DNA of 32,000 nucleotides from Microcystis aeruginosa NIES-843 (GTDB lineage Bacteria; Cyanobacteriota; Cyanobacteriia; Cyanobacteriales; Microcystaceae): NCBI RefSeq assembly GCF_000010625.1, contig NC_010296.1, positions 990,001 to 1,022,000 of the forward strand, read 5' to 3'. Shown piece by piece: positions 9,501 to 17,512 of this stretch (position 1 is its first letter; each line of letters starts with the position of its first letter). The notes under the pieces were generated by a model. It saw only the letters and a program-made list of their open reading frames with translations, ran no database searches and was not told where the DNA came from. The position numbers and the translations under genes were made by a program.

Positions 9501-10549
9501 TTAATTTCCGTTGGTTATCTGCAATTGAAGGGGAACAGGAAATGAATAGTCATCCAGCTACTACTCCTATTTGTGGCTGGATATTGCCTAATAATTTAGA
9601 TAATAGTCTCGCTATCTATGATAATCAGGGTAAGGCTTTGGGTTCGATTAATCAATTAGCAAAATGGGAAGCTGCGCCGGGGGAAAATACGGTTATCCCC
9701 TTTGATAAAATTGATGATCATTTACAAAAAGTGATTAACTATATTATTAAGCAGGGGGCAGAATTTTTGTCTAATTTTATTTCGGCTTTAGATAGTGGTT
9801 TAGAAAACATTGATCCCGAAAACTCAGCGCAAAATCAAGGTTTAGCACTGTTAATGGGACGACCTATTGCCGTAGTCAGAGCTTCTTTAAATTTGGAATT
9901 AGAGGGACTTCCAGCTATTAACCAAGATTGGGGGGTATTTTGGCAAGATTTAAGACGTAATTTCCGAGAAACGGATGGCTTTGAAAAGGTCAAGTTTCCA
10001 ATTCGTTTAGGGGAATATAAACAGTTAAATGATGGTTTATTAGGTTATTGGTTGGAAGGGGATAATGGAAGTCTTAAGGATGTATTTTATGCCCCTCAAA
10101 GTGATTTAGAGGGAATTAATCATCCTGCTATTGAATTTCATAATGGTAACAATCCTTGGCCTATTGATCTTAATCTAAAAGATCCACCCACTTTATTGAC
10201 TATGCTCATCGATCCCAGAGGAAAAGTTCACGCAACTACTGGAATTTTACCGACGAGATCAATTGATATTCCCCCGGATCAATATCAACAAGCGTTAGAG
10301 AAAATAGAAATTACTTTCTTCTCTGCTCCTATCTTGACAGATTATGGTAAAATTAATTTAGCTTTACCTGATGAAGTTGGTTATCAGTGGTCATGGTTGG
10401 AGAAAGAAAAGGAACAATGGTCAACTGCCGATAAAATAGGTCAAACTAATGTTAATGCTATCTTCTCTGGCAAGCAAGAAATTCGAGAGGGATGGTTAAA
10501 ATTAAGCACCAAAAAAGAGCCACCCAACCCTAATAGTCCTAATCCCTAA
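6551..10549 (+). CDS. Giant hypothetical protein A (1332 aa), first gene of the large-ORF array; no recognisable domain
   Basis: An uninterrupted 4-kb ORF whose antisense frames are closed or short. It contains an in-frame tandem duplication. I identified no Walker A motif, signal peptide or known catalytic motif. The alternative start at ATG 6569 cannot be excluded. Confidence 0.8.
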   Translation: MVNSILMIPIHLDALYLKRERLVVEAMADLSIIPYFNRKRDVNPNIAHISEEIVSQPFQNQNLYLKAGIHLHWALPDALTKGIQDSDKKTVFPSVPNRWLVTRTLNGEKRQWVVESDYLYREGEGEQLGSIAYPIEIKNGNHQPFRYLGRKLPIEAWLENDPKAEYLPLLTAVGYGEPTFAAFYPNCHSVFGFYDDYSPENTDGLQYDVIAWYSHLEKDYFNQFIKSKSQLTTQELIKAIQEELKWAVAVESNEQIPQRMLCYARLKFASSTNTEREISVEVAVGNTGTEALSAYLGQKIDNNYQSIIEDQLEALTLSSSLEHRQLDLTAKFEEARHEKGFNAVSSGTIWTITLGSTNATTANAEDAQAQSEVTLPDNIAPKLNQLNLSQQKYDCTFDEIESMRRQLFSDWYKYMLSAYPPQGSTAQYPDIDEVKYYIEEKGIEPLKAKLNNLENYKKLLNESLTQLQQAITQANITQCKLKVSDILDWEKLINQLERGTTEPIKRIKQLIPDLSSKIAGKNQGEIIDALNLIFTKNETEPIKRIEQLIPDLSSKIAGKNQGEIIDALNLIFTKNEEELVRCNRLLLEVSFPQLILKAPPPYTLKPIAGSRYWQPTEPVVLMAGEGVKPTIRHGQDGRLRNDGLLECEILQQEEDIFLNGFSSILGKIDQIENNKKGEHIGFSTWEEQPWHPFLLEWEVEVFPLQNGCNHGIYNHQYDAEFITGNYTLKENEPELSLQYGKGAVLKAANVYSGRSILTPHAGIKLKEKIEVYLKKQLPDEAKEYYELNLSEQEEAYQKRIQDWYKDKPNSLTNLDQQEKIQAIQAWYEQKPCYDPSNPNLIFTNLLSDQKAKDPIYTAIRAYQNLLSLNCLSQALGGFNEALLMHKQTLQLPIADPLGFNDYQPFTDEIKEMVQQSIRSAPEPLNDFNPIRSGVMKILRLRLVDTFGQVKDLDIRNIITPEQMTTPGSPYLISLPPRLVQPARINFRWLSAIEGEQEMNSHPATTPICGWILPNNLDNSLAIYDNQGKALGSINQLAKWEAAPGENTVIPFDKIDDHLQKVINYIIKQGAEFLSNFISALDSGLENIDPENSAQNQGLALLMGRPIAVVRASLNLELEGLPAINQDWGVFWQDLRRNFRETDGFEKVKFPIRLGEYKQLNDGLLGYWLEGDNGSLKDVFYAPQSDLEGINHPAIEFHNGNNPWPIDLNLKDPPTLLTMLIDPRGKVHATTGILPTRSIDIPPDQYQQALEKIEITFFSAPILTDYGKINLALPDEVGYQWSWLEKEKEQWSTADKIGQTNVNAIFSGKQEIREGWLKLSTKKEPPNPNSPNP
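8051..8278 (+). repeat. Perfectly in-frame 114-bp tandem duplication (2 units) inside gene A
   Basis: Units 8051..8164 and 8165..8278 differ at a single base (AAG vs GAG, K->E). Each encodes TEPIKRI(K/E)QLIPDLSSKIAGKNQGEIIDALNLIFTKNE. Confidence 0.95.
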
Positions 10550-10599
10550 TTTTATTCAAGATTCACCCGCTAATTTTTTTAAACCAAGGAGTATCAATT

Positions 10600-12807
10600 A
10601 TGAGTAACGCAAGCAATGACTTAGTTTTACATCTAAAACTAGATACAATTATCCCTGATGGAGGTAATCAGAGAGTTCGCAGTGCTTTAACTGAGAATTT
10701 CTTAGCGTCAAGTGAGAATGTTTCAGCTTTTACTGAGAGCCAATATAGGAGTCATGGTAATCCCCAATTTGTAAGTGATGAACATTTTGGCAGTTGTTTC
10801 ATTTTTGATGGAAGACAAGACTATATAGAAATTCCTAATTCAGAGGACATTAACTTTGCAACTAATCAAGATTTTACCGTTGCCAGTTGGATAAAAATAG
10901 CCAAAGAACAACCATTTAAAACCAATGGTGACAACGATATTATTGAAAAATGGAATGGTAGTGGAGGTTATCCCTATGTCATCAGATATATGCGTGATAG
11001 CCAAACAATCCATGCAGCAAGATATGATGGTTCTAATAATCCCTCTATCACCACCACAACTAAACTTAATAGTGAGCAATTTTATCACATTGCTTTTGTG
11101 AAAGAAGGTAGCAAGTTACGGCTTTATTTAGATGGACATGAAGAAAATAGTACGGATGATACAACCCAATCTCAAACACAAAATGATTCACCTCTTTATC
11201 TAGCACGTAGAGGAGGAAGCAATGAAGCTTATGCTAACTATTTCGCGGGAACAATTGCTCATCTCCGCATCTATAAAAAGGCATTATCTCCAGAAGAAAT
11301 TAAACAGGATATAAATGATAATTTAACGGTGATCGCCGCTTTTAATCTTGCCTATCCTCTTGATTTTGACTTATATGAAGGGGACAATAAAGAGTCCATT
11401 ATCTTTATTGAAAATGATACTAAGGGAGAAGAACTGGTTTTTGAAATTCAAAATGATACAGAACAAGGGATTACTTTACCAGCAAAAAGTGGAGCAGTCA
11501 GTCAAAATAATTATCATTTTGAATTAAGATTTAGACCTGATACTCTATCGCCTAAATCTTTACAGCAATTGGCTTTTAAACCTCAAAGTAATTGGAGTAT
11601 GAGTTCTCCTGTTACTCAAGCAGATGGGATAGTTTCTCTCTATTTTCTAACAACTAATACTACTTTGTCAGCTAATGAGGTCGTTACTTTAACCCTGCAA
11701 AATGTCAGTGCTTCAGCAGCGGGAGGGGCGAGAACAACCAGAGTTGAGTTTTTATGTCCAGAGTTTACTTATCAAGGAGAGACTTTAACTCATTATTACC
11801 GAGAAAAAAAACTCAGCGTTATCGATCATCGAGGGAAGAAAAATATTCCGCTTCATGTCAGTTTTGTAGGCTCCAATCGCATTTTGAATGATGGCACAAC
11901 GACAAATAAGTTAACTTTGCGAATTGTTAATGTATTAAAAGATAAATCTATTCCTTTGATTCCAGATAGTAAGGGGGATAATGCCTCTAAGTTTATTATC
12001 TCTTTTGATGTTCAAGAAGAAGGGCAGAATAAAGATTGGGCTTTGGGAACCACAAGTCAAGTACAAGGAATAGGGATTCAAGGAACAGATTTTCGACTGA
12101 CTGCAAGACATATAGAGGAGTGGAAAATTGTTAAAGAGACTCAAGGAGAATCGCCAACTTGGACAATAACTAATCAAAATGAAGAAAACGTTGAGTTACG
12201 ACAGGAACAGGGTATTGAATTAATAGTTAGTAATATCCTTTCTTCTCTTCCTTCCGGTCAGACAAATCTTTATATCCGCTATGAAAATATTCCGGGTTAT
12301 TGGGATGGAACTTTTATTTGTACGATAGAAAAATCACCCATTTTGTTTGATGAGCGCGGCAAGGTTGGCATGGGTATTACTCCAGGGACTGAACAATTGA
12401 AAGTAAAGGGAGATACAGCGATCACAGGCAAATTTTCTCTAGGTCAACTTATTGCCAATTATGATAGTGGTTGGTTTGATGTTGAAATAAATAAAAATTA
12501 TAAGAAAGAGCATAACTTAGGAACTTTCTTATTAGTTACTCAAATTCTTTTTAAAGATACTAATGGCAGAATATGGGATGCAAAAACGACACTTCGTAGA
12601 GTCAATGATGGTGACTTCCAAAATAGCTATTGTGGTTATTATTTATTGATGCCAGACCATAATACTTTTGATTTTGCAACAGCAGGACAGGCCGTTTTTG
12701 CTGCAGACAATACTTCAACTTATGGACCGGAAAGGAAAAGTCAACGTTTTACCAAAGGTAGCTATCGAATTTTTGCTTGGAGGATTGGAGCTACATTAAA
12801 TGAATAA
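10600..12807 (+). CDS. LamG (Laminin_G_3 / concanavalin-A-like jelly-roll) domain protein B with beta-sandwich repeats and a tail-fibre-like C-terminal neck and head (735 aa)
   Basis: LamG_3 signature: FIFDGRQDYIEIPNSEDINF..DFTVASWIK...YHIAFVKEGSKLRLYLDG...FAGTIAHLRIYKKALSPEEI. The C-terminal motif GKVGMGITPGTEQLKVKGDTAITG resembles the VGIGTxxPxxKLxVxG neck found in tail-fibre-type proteins. AAGGAG lies 8 nt upstream of the ATG. Confidence 0.85.
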   Translation: MSNASNDLVLHLKLDTIIPDGGNQRVRSALTENFLASSENVSAFTESQYRSHGNPQFVSDEHFGSCFIFDGRQDYIEIPNSEDINFATNQDFTVASWIKIAKEQPFKTNGDNDIIEKWNGSGGYPYVIRYMRDSQTIHAARYDGSNNPSITTTTKLNSEQFYHIAFVKEGSKLRLYLDGHEENSTDDTTQSQTQNDSPLYLARRGGSNEAYANYFAGTIAHLRIYKKALSPEEIKQDINDNLTVIAAFNLAYPLDFDLYEGDNKESIIFIENDTKGEELVFEIQNDTEQGITLPAKSGAVSQNNYHFELRFRPDTLSPKSLQQLAFKPQSNWSMSSPVTQADGIVSLYFLTTNTTLSANEVVTLTLQNVSASAAGGARTTRVEFLCPEFTYQGETLTHYYREKKLSVIDHRGKKNIPLHVSFVGSNRILNDGTTTNKLTLRIVNVLKDKSIPLIPDSKGDNASKFIISFDVQEEGQNKDWALGTTSQVQGIGIQGTDFRLTARHIEEWKIVKETQGESPTWTITNQNEENVELRQEQGIELIVSNILSSLPSGQTNLYIRYENIPGYWDGTFICTIEKSPILFDERGKVGMGITPGTEQLKVKGDTAITGKFSLGQLIANYDSGWFDVEINKNYKKEHNLGTFLLVTQILFKDTNGRIWDAKTTLRRVNDGDFQNSYCGYYLLMPDHNTFDFATAGQAVFAADNTSTYGPERKSQRFTKGSYRIFAWRIGATLNE

Positions 12808-12855
12808 TTATGAACGATAAACTAAACAAAAGATTATGTTAAGCATGATACAGAC

Positions 12856-13037
12856 GGGAGCATCTCACTTACGCGATAAGTAATTATACTTAGCCTAAAA
12901 GCCACTCTTAATCGTGTCTTGGAACGAAATAGAGGCTTTTAAAGACTGCGTACATGGAGAATTAAAACAAGAATTACCCTCGAAAAGCCTATTTTTCCAC
13001 TAAGTATTTATGCTCATTGCAAAGGTGAGATGCTCCC
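12856..13037. mobile_element. 182-bp MITE copy 1 (TIR GGGAGCATCTCAC...GTGAGATGCTCCC)
   Basis: 100% identical to 18858..19039 and 26088..26269. It is flanked by the direct repeat GATACAGAC (12847..12855 and 13038..13046). Its termini match those of the ISKra4-like element at 25799..27252. Confidence 0.9.
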
Positions 13038-13683
13038 GATACAGACTTACCCAATTTCTAAAACTATCACCACCTTGGCTGTTCTGAAGCAAAAGTTTAA
13101 TTTATCTGCTACAGATAACGATCAATTTTTTAATGAATGGCAACAGGACTTACCTGATTTAACTACTCAAGAAAAAGAAACCTTAGAGCAAATCAAAAGA
13201 CGATTTGAACGCCATAGAGAGAGAAGTCCTTTAGCAGAAGGAGTGATCAATCAATTACTCATTTCTCCTTTACTAACTTTGGCGGGTTTATATGATGAAC
13301 CTTTCTATGTCACCACGGAAGCAAGTGTTGAACTAGAAATAGAAGAAGAGGAGGAAATCTTACGGGGGAGAATTGATACTTTAATTATTGCTCCACAACT
13401 GTGGGTGTTAATCATTGAGTCTAAATCTACCATTGCTTTTCCCGTTGCATTACCGCAAATAATGACTTACATGATGGCAAATCCTAACCCTCAAATCCCT
13501 GTCTATGGTTTGATAGGTAACGGTGATGAATTTATGTTTATTAAAATGCTGACTCAAGGCGTTCCTCAATATGACTTTTCTAACATTTTTTCCCTGCTTT
13601 TACCCCGGAGAAATCAGTTAGAGGATATCTTGCAAATTCTCAAACAAATTGCTAAAATTATGATCATAAACAGGACGGGTTAA
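13030..13683 (+). CDS. PD-(D/E)xK restriction-endonuclease-like protein (HsdR_N-type domain); native 5' end displaced by the MITE
   Basis: Motifs GRIDTLII...LWVLIIESKS...LPQIMTYM...GLIGNGDEFMFIK fit the D..ExK..Q..NG..w.f pattern of type I R-subunit N-terminal-like nucleases. The original start ATG at 12845 (MIQTYPISK...) was separated from the gene by the MITE. The present ORF starts at an ATG inside the MITE terminal repeat (MLPIQTYPISK...). Confidence 0.6.
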   Translation: MLPIQTYPISKTITTLAVLKQKFNLSATDNDQFFNEWQQDLPDLTTQEKETLEQIKRRFERHRERSPLAEGVINQLLISPLLTLAGLYDEPFYVTTEASVELEIEEEEEILRGRIDTLIIAPQLWVLIIESKSTIAFPVALPQIMTYMMANPNPQIPVYGLIGNGDEFMFIKMLTQGVPQYDFSNIFSLLLPRRNQLEDILQILKQIAKIMIINRTG

Positions 13684-13813
13684 GAAATTAAAAGATATTG
13701 AAATAATCGCTCTTTATTCTAGTCCTATGTTAAAATGCGGAAAGCGTATCGAAGGGAGCTGCCGAGGGCAGCACCCTCCTAATTCAACCCCTACCCTAAA
13801 AGAATGATTAAGC

Positions 13814-14149
13814 ATGACATTAACGATTGTTAATGATACCCTAAAAACCATTCTCGCTCGACTGAAACGAGAATTAAAAAATCATTACGGCGATCGCCTT
13901 AAACAGTTGATCATGTTTGGTTCTCAGGCCAGGGGTGACGCGCATCCAGACTCTGATATTGATGTCTTAGTCGTTCTCAAAGGAGAAGTAAATGCAGGTG
14001 AAGAAATTGAAAAAACTGGATCCATTATAGCCAGTTTATCTTTAGAAAAAGATGCGGTAATCAGTTGTATATTTATGGATGAATACCGATTCATTCATCG
14101 TTCTGGTTTTTTGCTTAGGAATATTCGTAAAAAGGGAATAATTCTATGA
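13814..14149 (+). CDS. Minimal nucleotidyltransferase (MNT/MntA-like, HEPN-MNT toxin-antitoxin type)
   Basis: GSQARGDAHPDSDIDVLVVL is the GSxxRG..x..DSDxD pol-beta-superfamily NTase motif. The protein is 111 aa. Its stop codon overlaps the ATG of the following mini-ORF (ATGA). Confidence 0.85.
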   Translation: MTLTIVNDTLKTILARLKRELKNHYGDRLKQLIMFGSQARGDAHPDSDIDVLVVLKGEVNAGEEIEKTGSIIASLSLEKDAVISCIFMDEYRFIHRSGFLLRNIRKKGIIL

Positions 14150-14220
14150 CAGAAGATCAGATTGAATTACTTTTAAAAGCTCGTCAACTTGCAAGGAAAA
14201 TGAAAAGCGATCGCAGATAA
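14146..14220 (+). pseudogene. 24-codon stub in the position of the HEPN partner of the MNT gene (probable truncated HEPN remnant)
   Basis: ATGA overlap coupling with the MNT gene is typical of MNT-HEPN pairs. The stub encodes MTEDQIELLLKARQLARKMKSDRR and then stops. It is far too short for a HEPN domain, and the Rx4-6H motif is not visible. Confidence 0.35.
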
Positions 14221-14270
14221 ATCTTAATCTTCTTCACAATTTATTAATCTATTAACAGGTAGGTCAAATC

Positions 14271-17200
14271 ATGGGAAACTTCCAAGCTATAAAAATCGAA
14301 ACAGATGATCGAGTTGAGTTTAAAGACAATGTTATTAATGTCATTACAATTAATACCACACAAACGCTTACCATAACAGATTACTATCAATCTATACTCA
14401 AAGCGGCTTTAACAACTTTTAAGCTTAAAACCGATTTTAAGCCTAAAAACGAACCAGAACCCACGAGGAACGAAAAAATATCTTCGGAGTTTGAGACTTC
14501 AATGAAAGATTTCTGGGGAAAGGAATGCAACTTCAATGATTGCCTCATTGGCTATATCTTACAAGACACCCATCTTTCTAAAGATGTTGACACACTTTTA
14601 GCTCGAATAGCCGATGAAGAAAATAAATACTACTGGAAATGGCTCGAAGGTGACAATGAGGTAAAAGATAGTGCTGACAATCAAACAATACTGAACCGAT
14701 TACGCATTGTAAATGCAAATTTGCTCAATAAAATTTTTGTAACATTTGCTAATAGTACAGGTAATAAGATAGGAGGAAAACACTGGATAAACAATGAAAA
14801 ACCACTTCAGGATACAACCTTAATCGTGCCAGCTATTGCTATCAGCCTAGAGGAATCTTATAAAAATGGTACTGACTTATATTACGGTGTTTATGTAAAT
14901 CCTAACGCTAGACTGCTTTTTCTGGATAATAGTGAAGATACCCAAAGATATAAATACGGAAAAAAAGATGGTTCTAATGATTATGAGATAAAGCGAACTT
15001 ATATATACAATAATAATGTCAAAAAAAATGTTACTGTTGGTGTTACTACAGACAAATCTATGGCTGAATATTTTTTAGGAAAAGAAAATGAGAAATATCG
15101 TTATTTGATTAAATTAATAAAGGTAGTTAATAAGTTGAATACTAAATATGGCACGGACAACGTAGATCGAGTTGCAAGAAAAAATCCATTCCTAGAGAAA
15201 AACAACAAAGAAGATAAATTGTTACAAAAAATTCATTTCAAAACGGCTGAAAACAAAGACGATGTTTCAAGAAATCAGACTGAAAAAGACGCAGCTAAAG
15301 CCTTAGCACATCAGGCGGCTTGCGAGCTTCCTAAGGGAAACTATCACTGTTTTTACCACGATAACGGGGGAACTTTAATGGGGCATATCTCCGCCGTAAA
15401 TATAGGCGAGGGAGGGCGTGGAAGTAGTGGCTATCCTATGCGTGCCGATAGGGTGAATGAGGTAAACTATAAATGGTTAATTAATTTGCCTGATGGAGAT
15501 GCAAATTTTCCCTTAGCAAAATTATGGAGTTATTTGTTTGAATTAAATCCAGAGTTTTTAGTAACATCAGCTAATCGTCCAAAAATTCAACAAAACCGCA
15601 CAACTAACACATCTGATGCTTTCTACCCTACTAATTGGCCTTACGACAAAGTCAAAAAAGATGGATTTAAAAATCCTGTCATTGGTAGTATAAATAGTTT
15701 GATTCAATATTATAAAACATTTAATCCGTCAGAACCTAAGAGAAATAAGCCTCTAAAAGACCCATTTCCGCCTCGCGTTACGAATCCGAGCATTCCTGGT
15801 TATGATTATAAATTTGATATCAAAAAAATTGAAATATCTGTAAAGTTAGACAATACTGGCTACCGGGTATGGAAAAAGTTCAACGCTGTTGGAGAAGATC
15901 TCACTTTAGGTTTTAACGAAAAGGAACGAGTAGATGCGGGGAAAACGATGGCAGAAGCCTTGAGTGATTTTCATGTATATCCTGGGATGAAAGCCAGTAA
16001 TATCACGCCTAAAATAACTGATTCTAAATTATCGGCCACCTCCTTTGCTAAATATGTACTAGGACAGCTTAATGATAATGCTGTTAAGGAGCAATGGCGT
16101 GTAGATAATAAACTAGATGTAAATGCTACTGTTGATGCTTCTAGTTTAAAAACCGATCAAGAATGGTGTCACCTGTTTGGTCATGGGGATGGCGGTCCAG
16201 AAGAATTGGGTAATTTTGTTTCTGGTAGTAAACACTGCAACACTGAACAACTGGCGATTGAAACTGGTCAACGTCGCGTCAGTCAAAATAAAACCGATTT
16301 TAAAGAAGTTGAACGAAGTAAATTAAAAGCCCGAATTACGGCTTATTTGATACCGAATGCGGGTACATGGGTAACAGGAGGAAGTTATACGCAAGACAAA
16401 TTAAATGAAACTTTATTGGATGGTGTTACAGATCATACGGTAAAAAATCAACAAAGCGAATTCTTTGAAAAAGTTCCTAATGTATCCCCAGATGAATATA
16501 GATTAAAATTTAAAATAAATGCTTCTGGTAACATAGATGATCAGGCTCTTAGAACAGCTTTTAAGAAATTGTCAGATGCAATTAGCGATTCTGCTACTAA
16601 TCTAGATAAAAAGAAACAGCTTTTCAAGTTCCGGTACAATTTGGAAAGACATTTTTTCATGTATCTACCAATAGCCCGTTGGATGCGCTACAAGCTTTAT
16701 TATGATGGGAAAAAAGTGTTTGACCACATCTACGATGCTCAAAGTGAAAGCATAAACTTACATGAATGCCAGATCCTTGATTACATGGTAGAAAGAGCGT
16801 TGTATATAGCAATGGGTAAAGAGTCTGAGTACAAGCAAAAAATTAAAAGCCGTGTAGAAAAACTGCTACCTAGCGAGGAAGAAGCGGGGATTATCGGCAG
16901 AGTTTTAGATTTAGATCAAGAACTTCGTAAAATATTCAATAACCTGAAGCAAATAAACGGGTTTGCAGTACAAATAGTAACGGAAACATCTGAAATAAAG
17001 AAGATTCTACAAAATTCTACTCCTGATTTTACAACCATAAATCTAGAGCAACTAGAGGAAAATTGCAATATGCTACAAGAATTGCTTAAAAATGCTAATA
17101 CTGACATTCAATCTCAAATAACTATTGACCATAAAATTGCAGAAGATTTTAAAAATATGACCGTAGAACAGCAAAATCAAAGCCAACTTAAATTGATTAT

Positions 17201-17477
17201 TAAAGATTCAGTTTTGTTGAAAAACATTAATTATTTGACAGAAACTATTGAAGAAATATCGAAAATTCAGAAAGATATAGCAACGAAAATTGGGGTCATG
17301 AAAGAAGAACTTAAGAAGGCGAACCCTAAAATGGAAGTTGACAGCATTGGGGAACAAGTCGAAAGCCTGAAGAGACAGATTAAAGAAACAGAAGAAGAAA
17401 AAGCAACTTTACCTGGGGATGAAAAGAAAAGATTAAAAAAACAACAAAGTATGGTTTCAAATGCTAAGAAACTGTAA
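14271..17477 (+). CDS. Giant hypothetical protein C (1068 aa): Lys/Asn-rich and AT-rich, with a possible HNH-like beta-beta-alpha-Me motif and an approximately 200-aa C-terminal coiled coil
   Basis: A long uninterrupted ORF. The motif EWCHLFGHGDGGPEELGNFVSGSKHCNTEQLAIE (nt 16161..16263) fits a His - GG turn - Asn - H/N pattern. The C-terminus (from about aa 860) is heptad-like and rich in E, K, Q, I and L. Its composition is visibly different from the neighbouring genes. Confidence 0.75.
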   Translation: MGNFQAIKIETDDRVEFKDNVINVITINTTQTLTITDYYQSILKAALTTFKLKTDFKPKNEPEPTRNEKISSEFETSMKDFWGKECNFNDCLIGYILQDTHLSKDVDTLLARIADEENKYYWKWLEGDNEVKDSADNQTILNRLRIVNANLLNKIFVTFANSTGNKIGGKHWINNEKPLQDTTLIVPAIAISLEESYKNGTDLYYGVYVNPNARLLFLDNSEDTQRYKYGKKDGSNDYEIKRTYIYNNNVKKNVTVGVTTDKSMAEYFLGKENEKYRYLIKLIKVVNKLNTKYGTDNVDRVARKNPFLEKNNKEDKLLQKIHFKTAENKDDVSRNQTEKDAAKALAHQAACELPKGNYHCFYHDNGGTLMGHISAVNIGEGGRGSSGYPMRADRVNEVNYKWLINLPDGDANFPLAKLWSYLFELNPEFLVTSANRPKIQQNRTTNTSDAFYPTNWPYDKVKKDGFKNPVIGSINSLIQYYKTFNPSEPKRNKPLKDPFPPRVTNPSIPGYDYKFDIKKIEISVKLDNTGYRVWKKFNAVGEDLTLGFNEKERVDAGKTMAEALSDFHVYPGMKASNITPKITDSKLSATSFAKYVLGQLNDNAVKEQWRVDNKLDVNATVDASSLKTDQEWCHLFGHGDGGPEELGNFVSGSKHCNTEQLAIETGQRRVSQNKTDFKEVERSKLKARITAYLIPNAGTWVTGGSYTQDKLNETLLDGVTDHTVKNQQSEFFEKVPNVSPDEYRLKFKINASGNIDDQALRTAFKKLSDAISDSATNLDKKKQLFKFRYNLERHFFMYLPIARWMRYKLYYDGKKVFDHIYDAQSESINLHECQILDYMVERALYIAMGKESEYKQKIKSRVEKLLPSEEEAGIIGRVLDLDQELRKIFNNLKQINGFAVQIVTETSEIKKILQNSTPDFTTINLEQLEENCNMLQELLKNANTDIQSQITIDHKIAEDFKNMTVEQQNQSQLKLIIKDSVLLKNINYLTETIEEISKIQKDIATKIGVMKEELKKANPKMEVDSIGEQVESLKRQIKETEEEKATLPGDEKKRLKKQQSMVSNAKKL

Positions 17478-17512
17478 ATCAATCTATCCCATTAAAAAAC
17501 AAAACTATTTAT

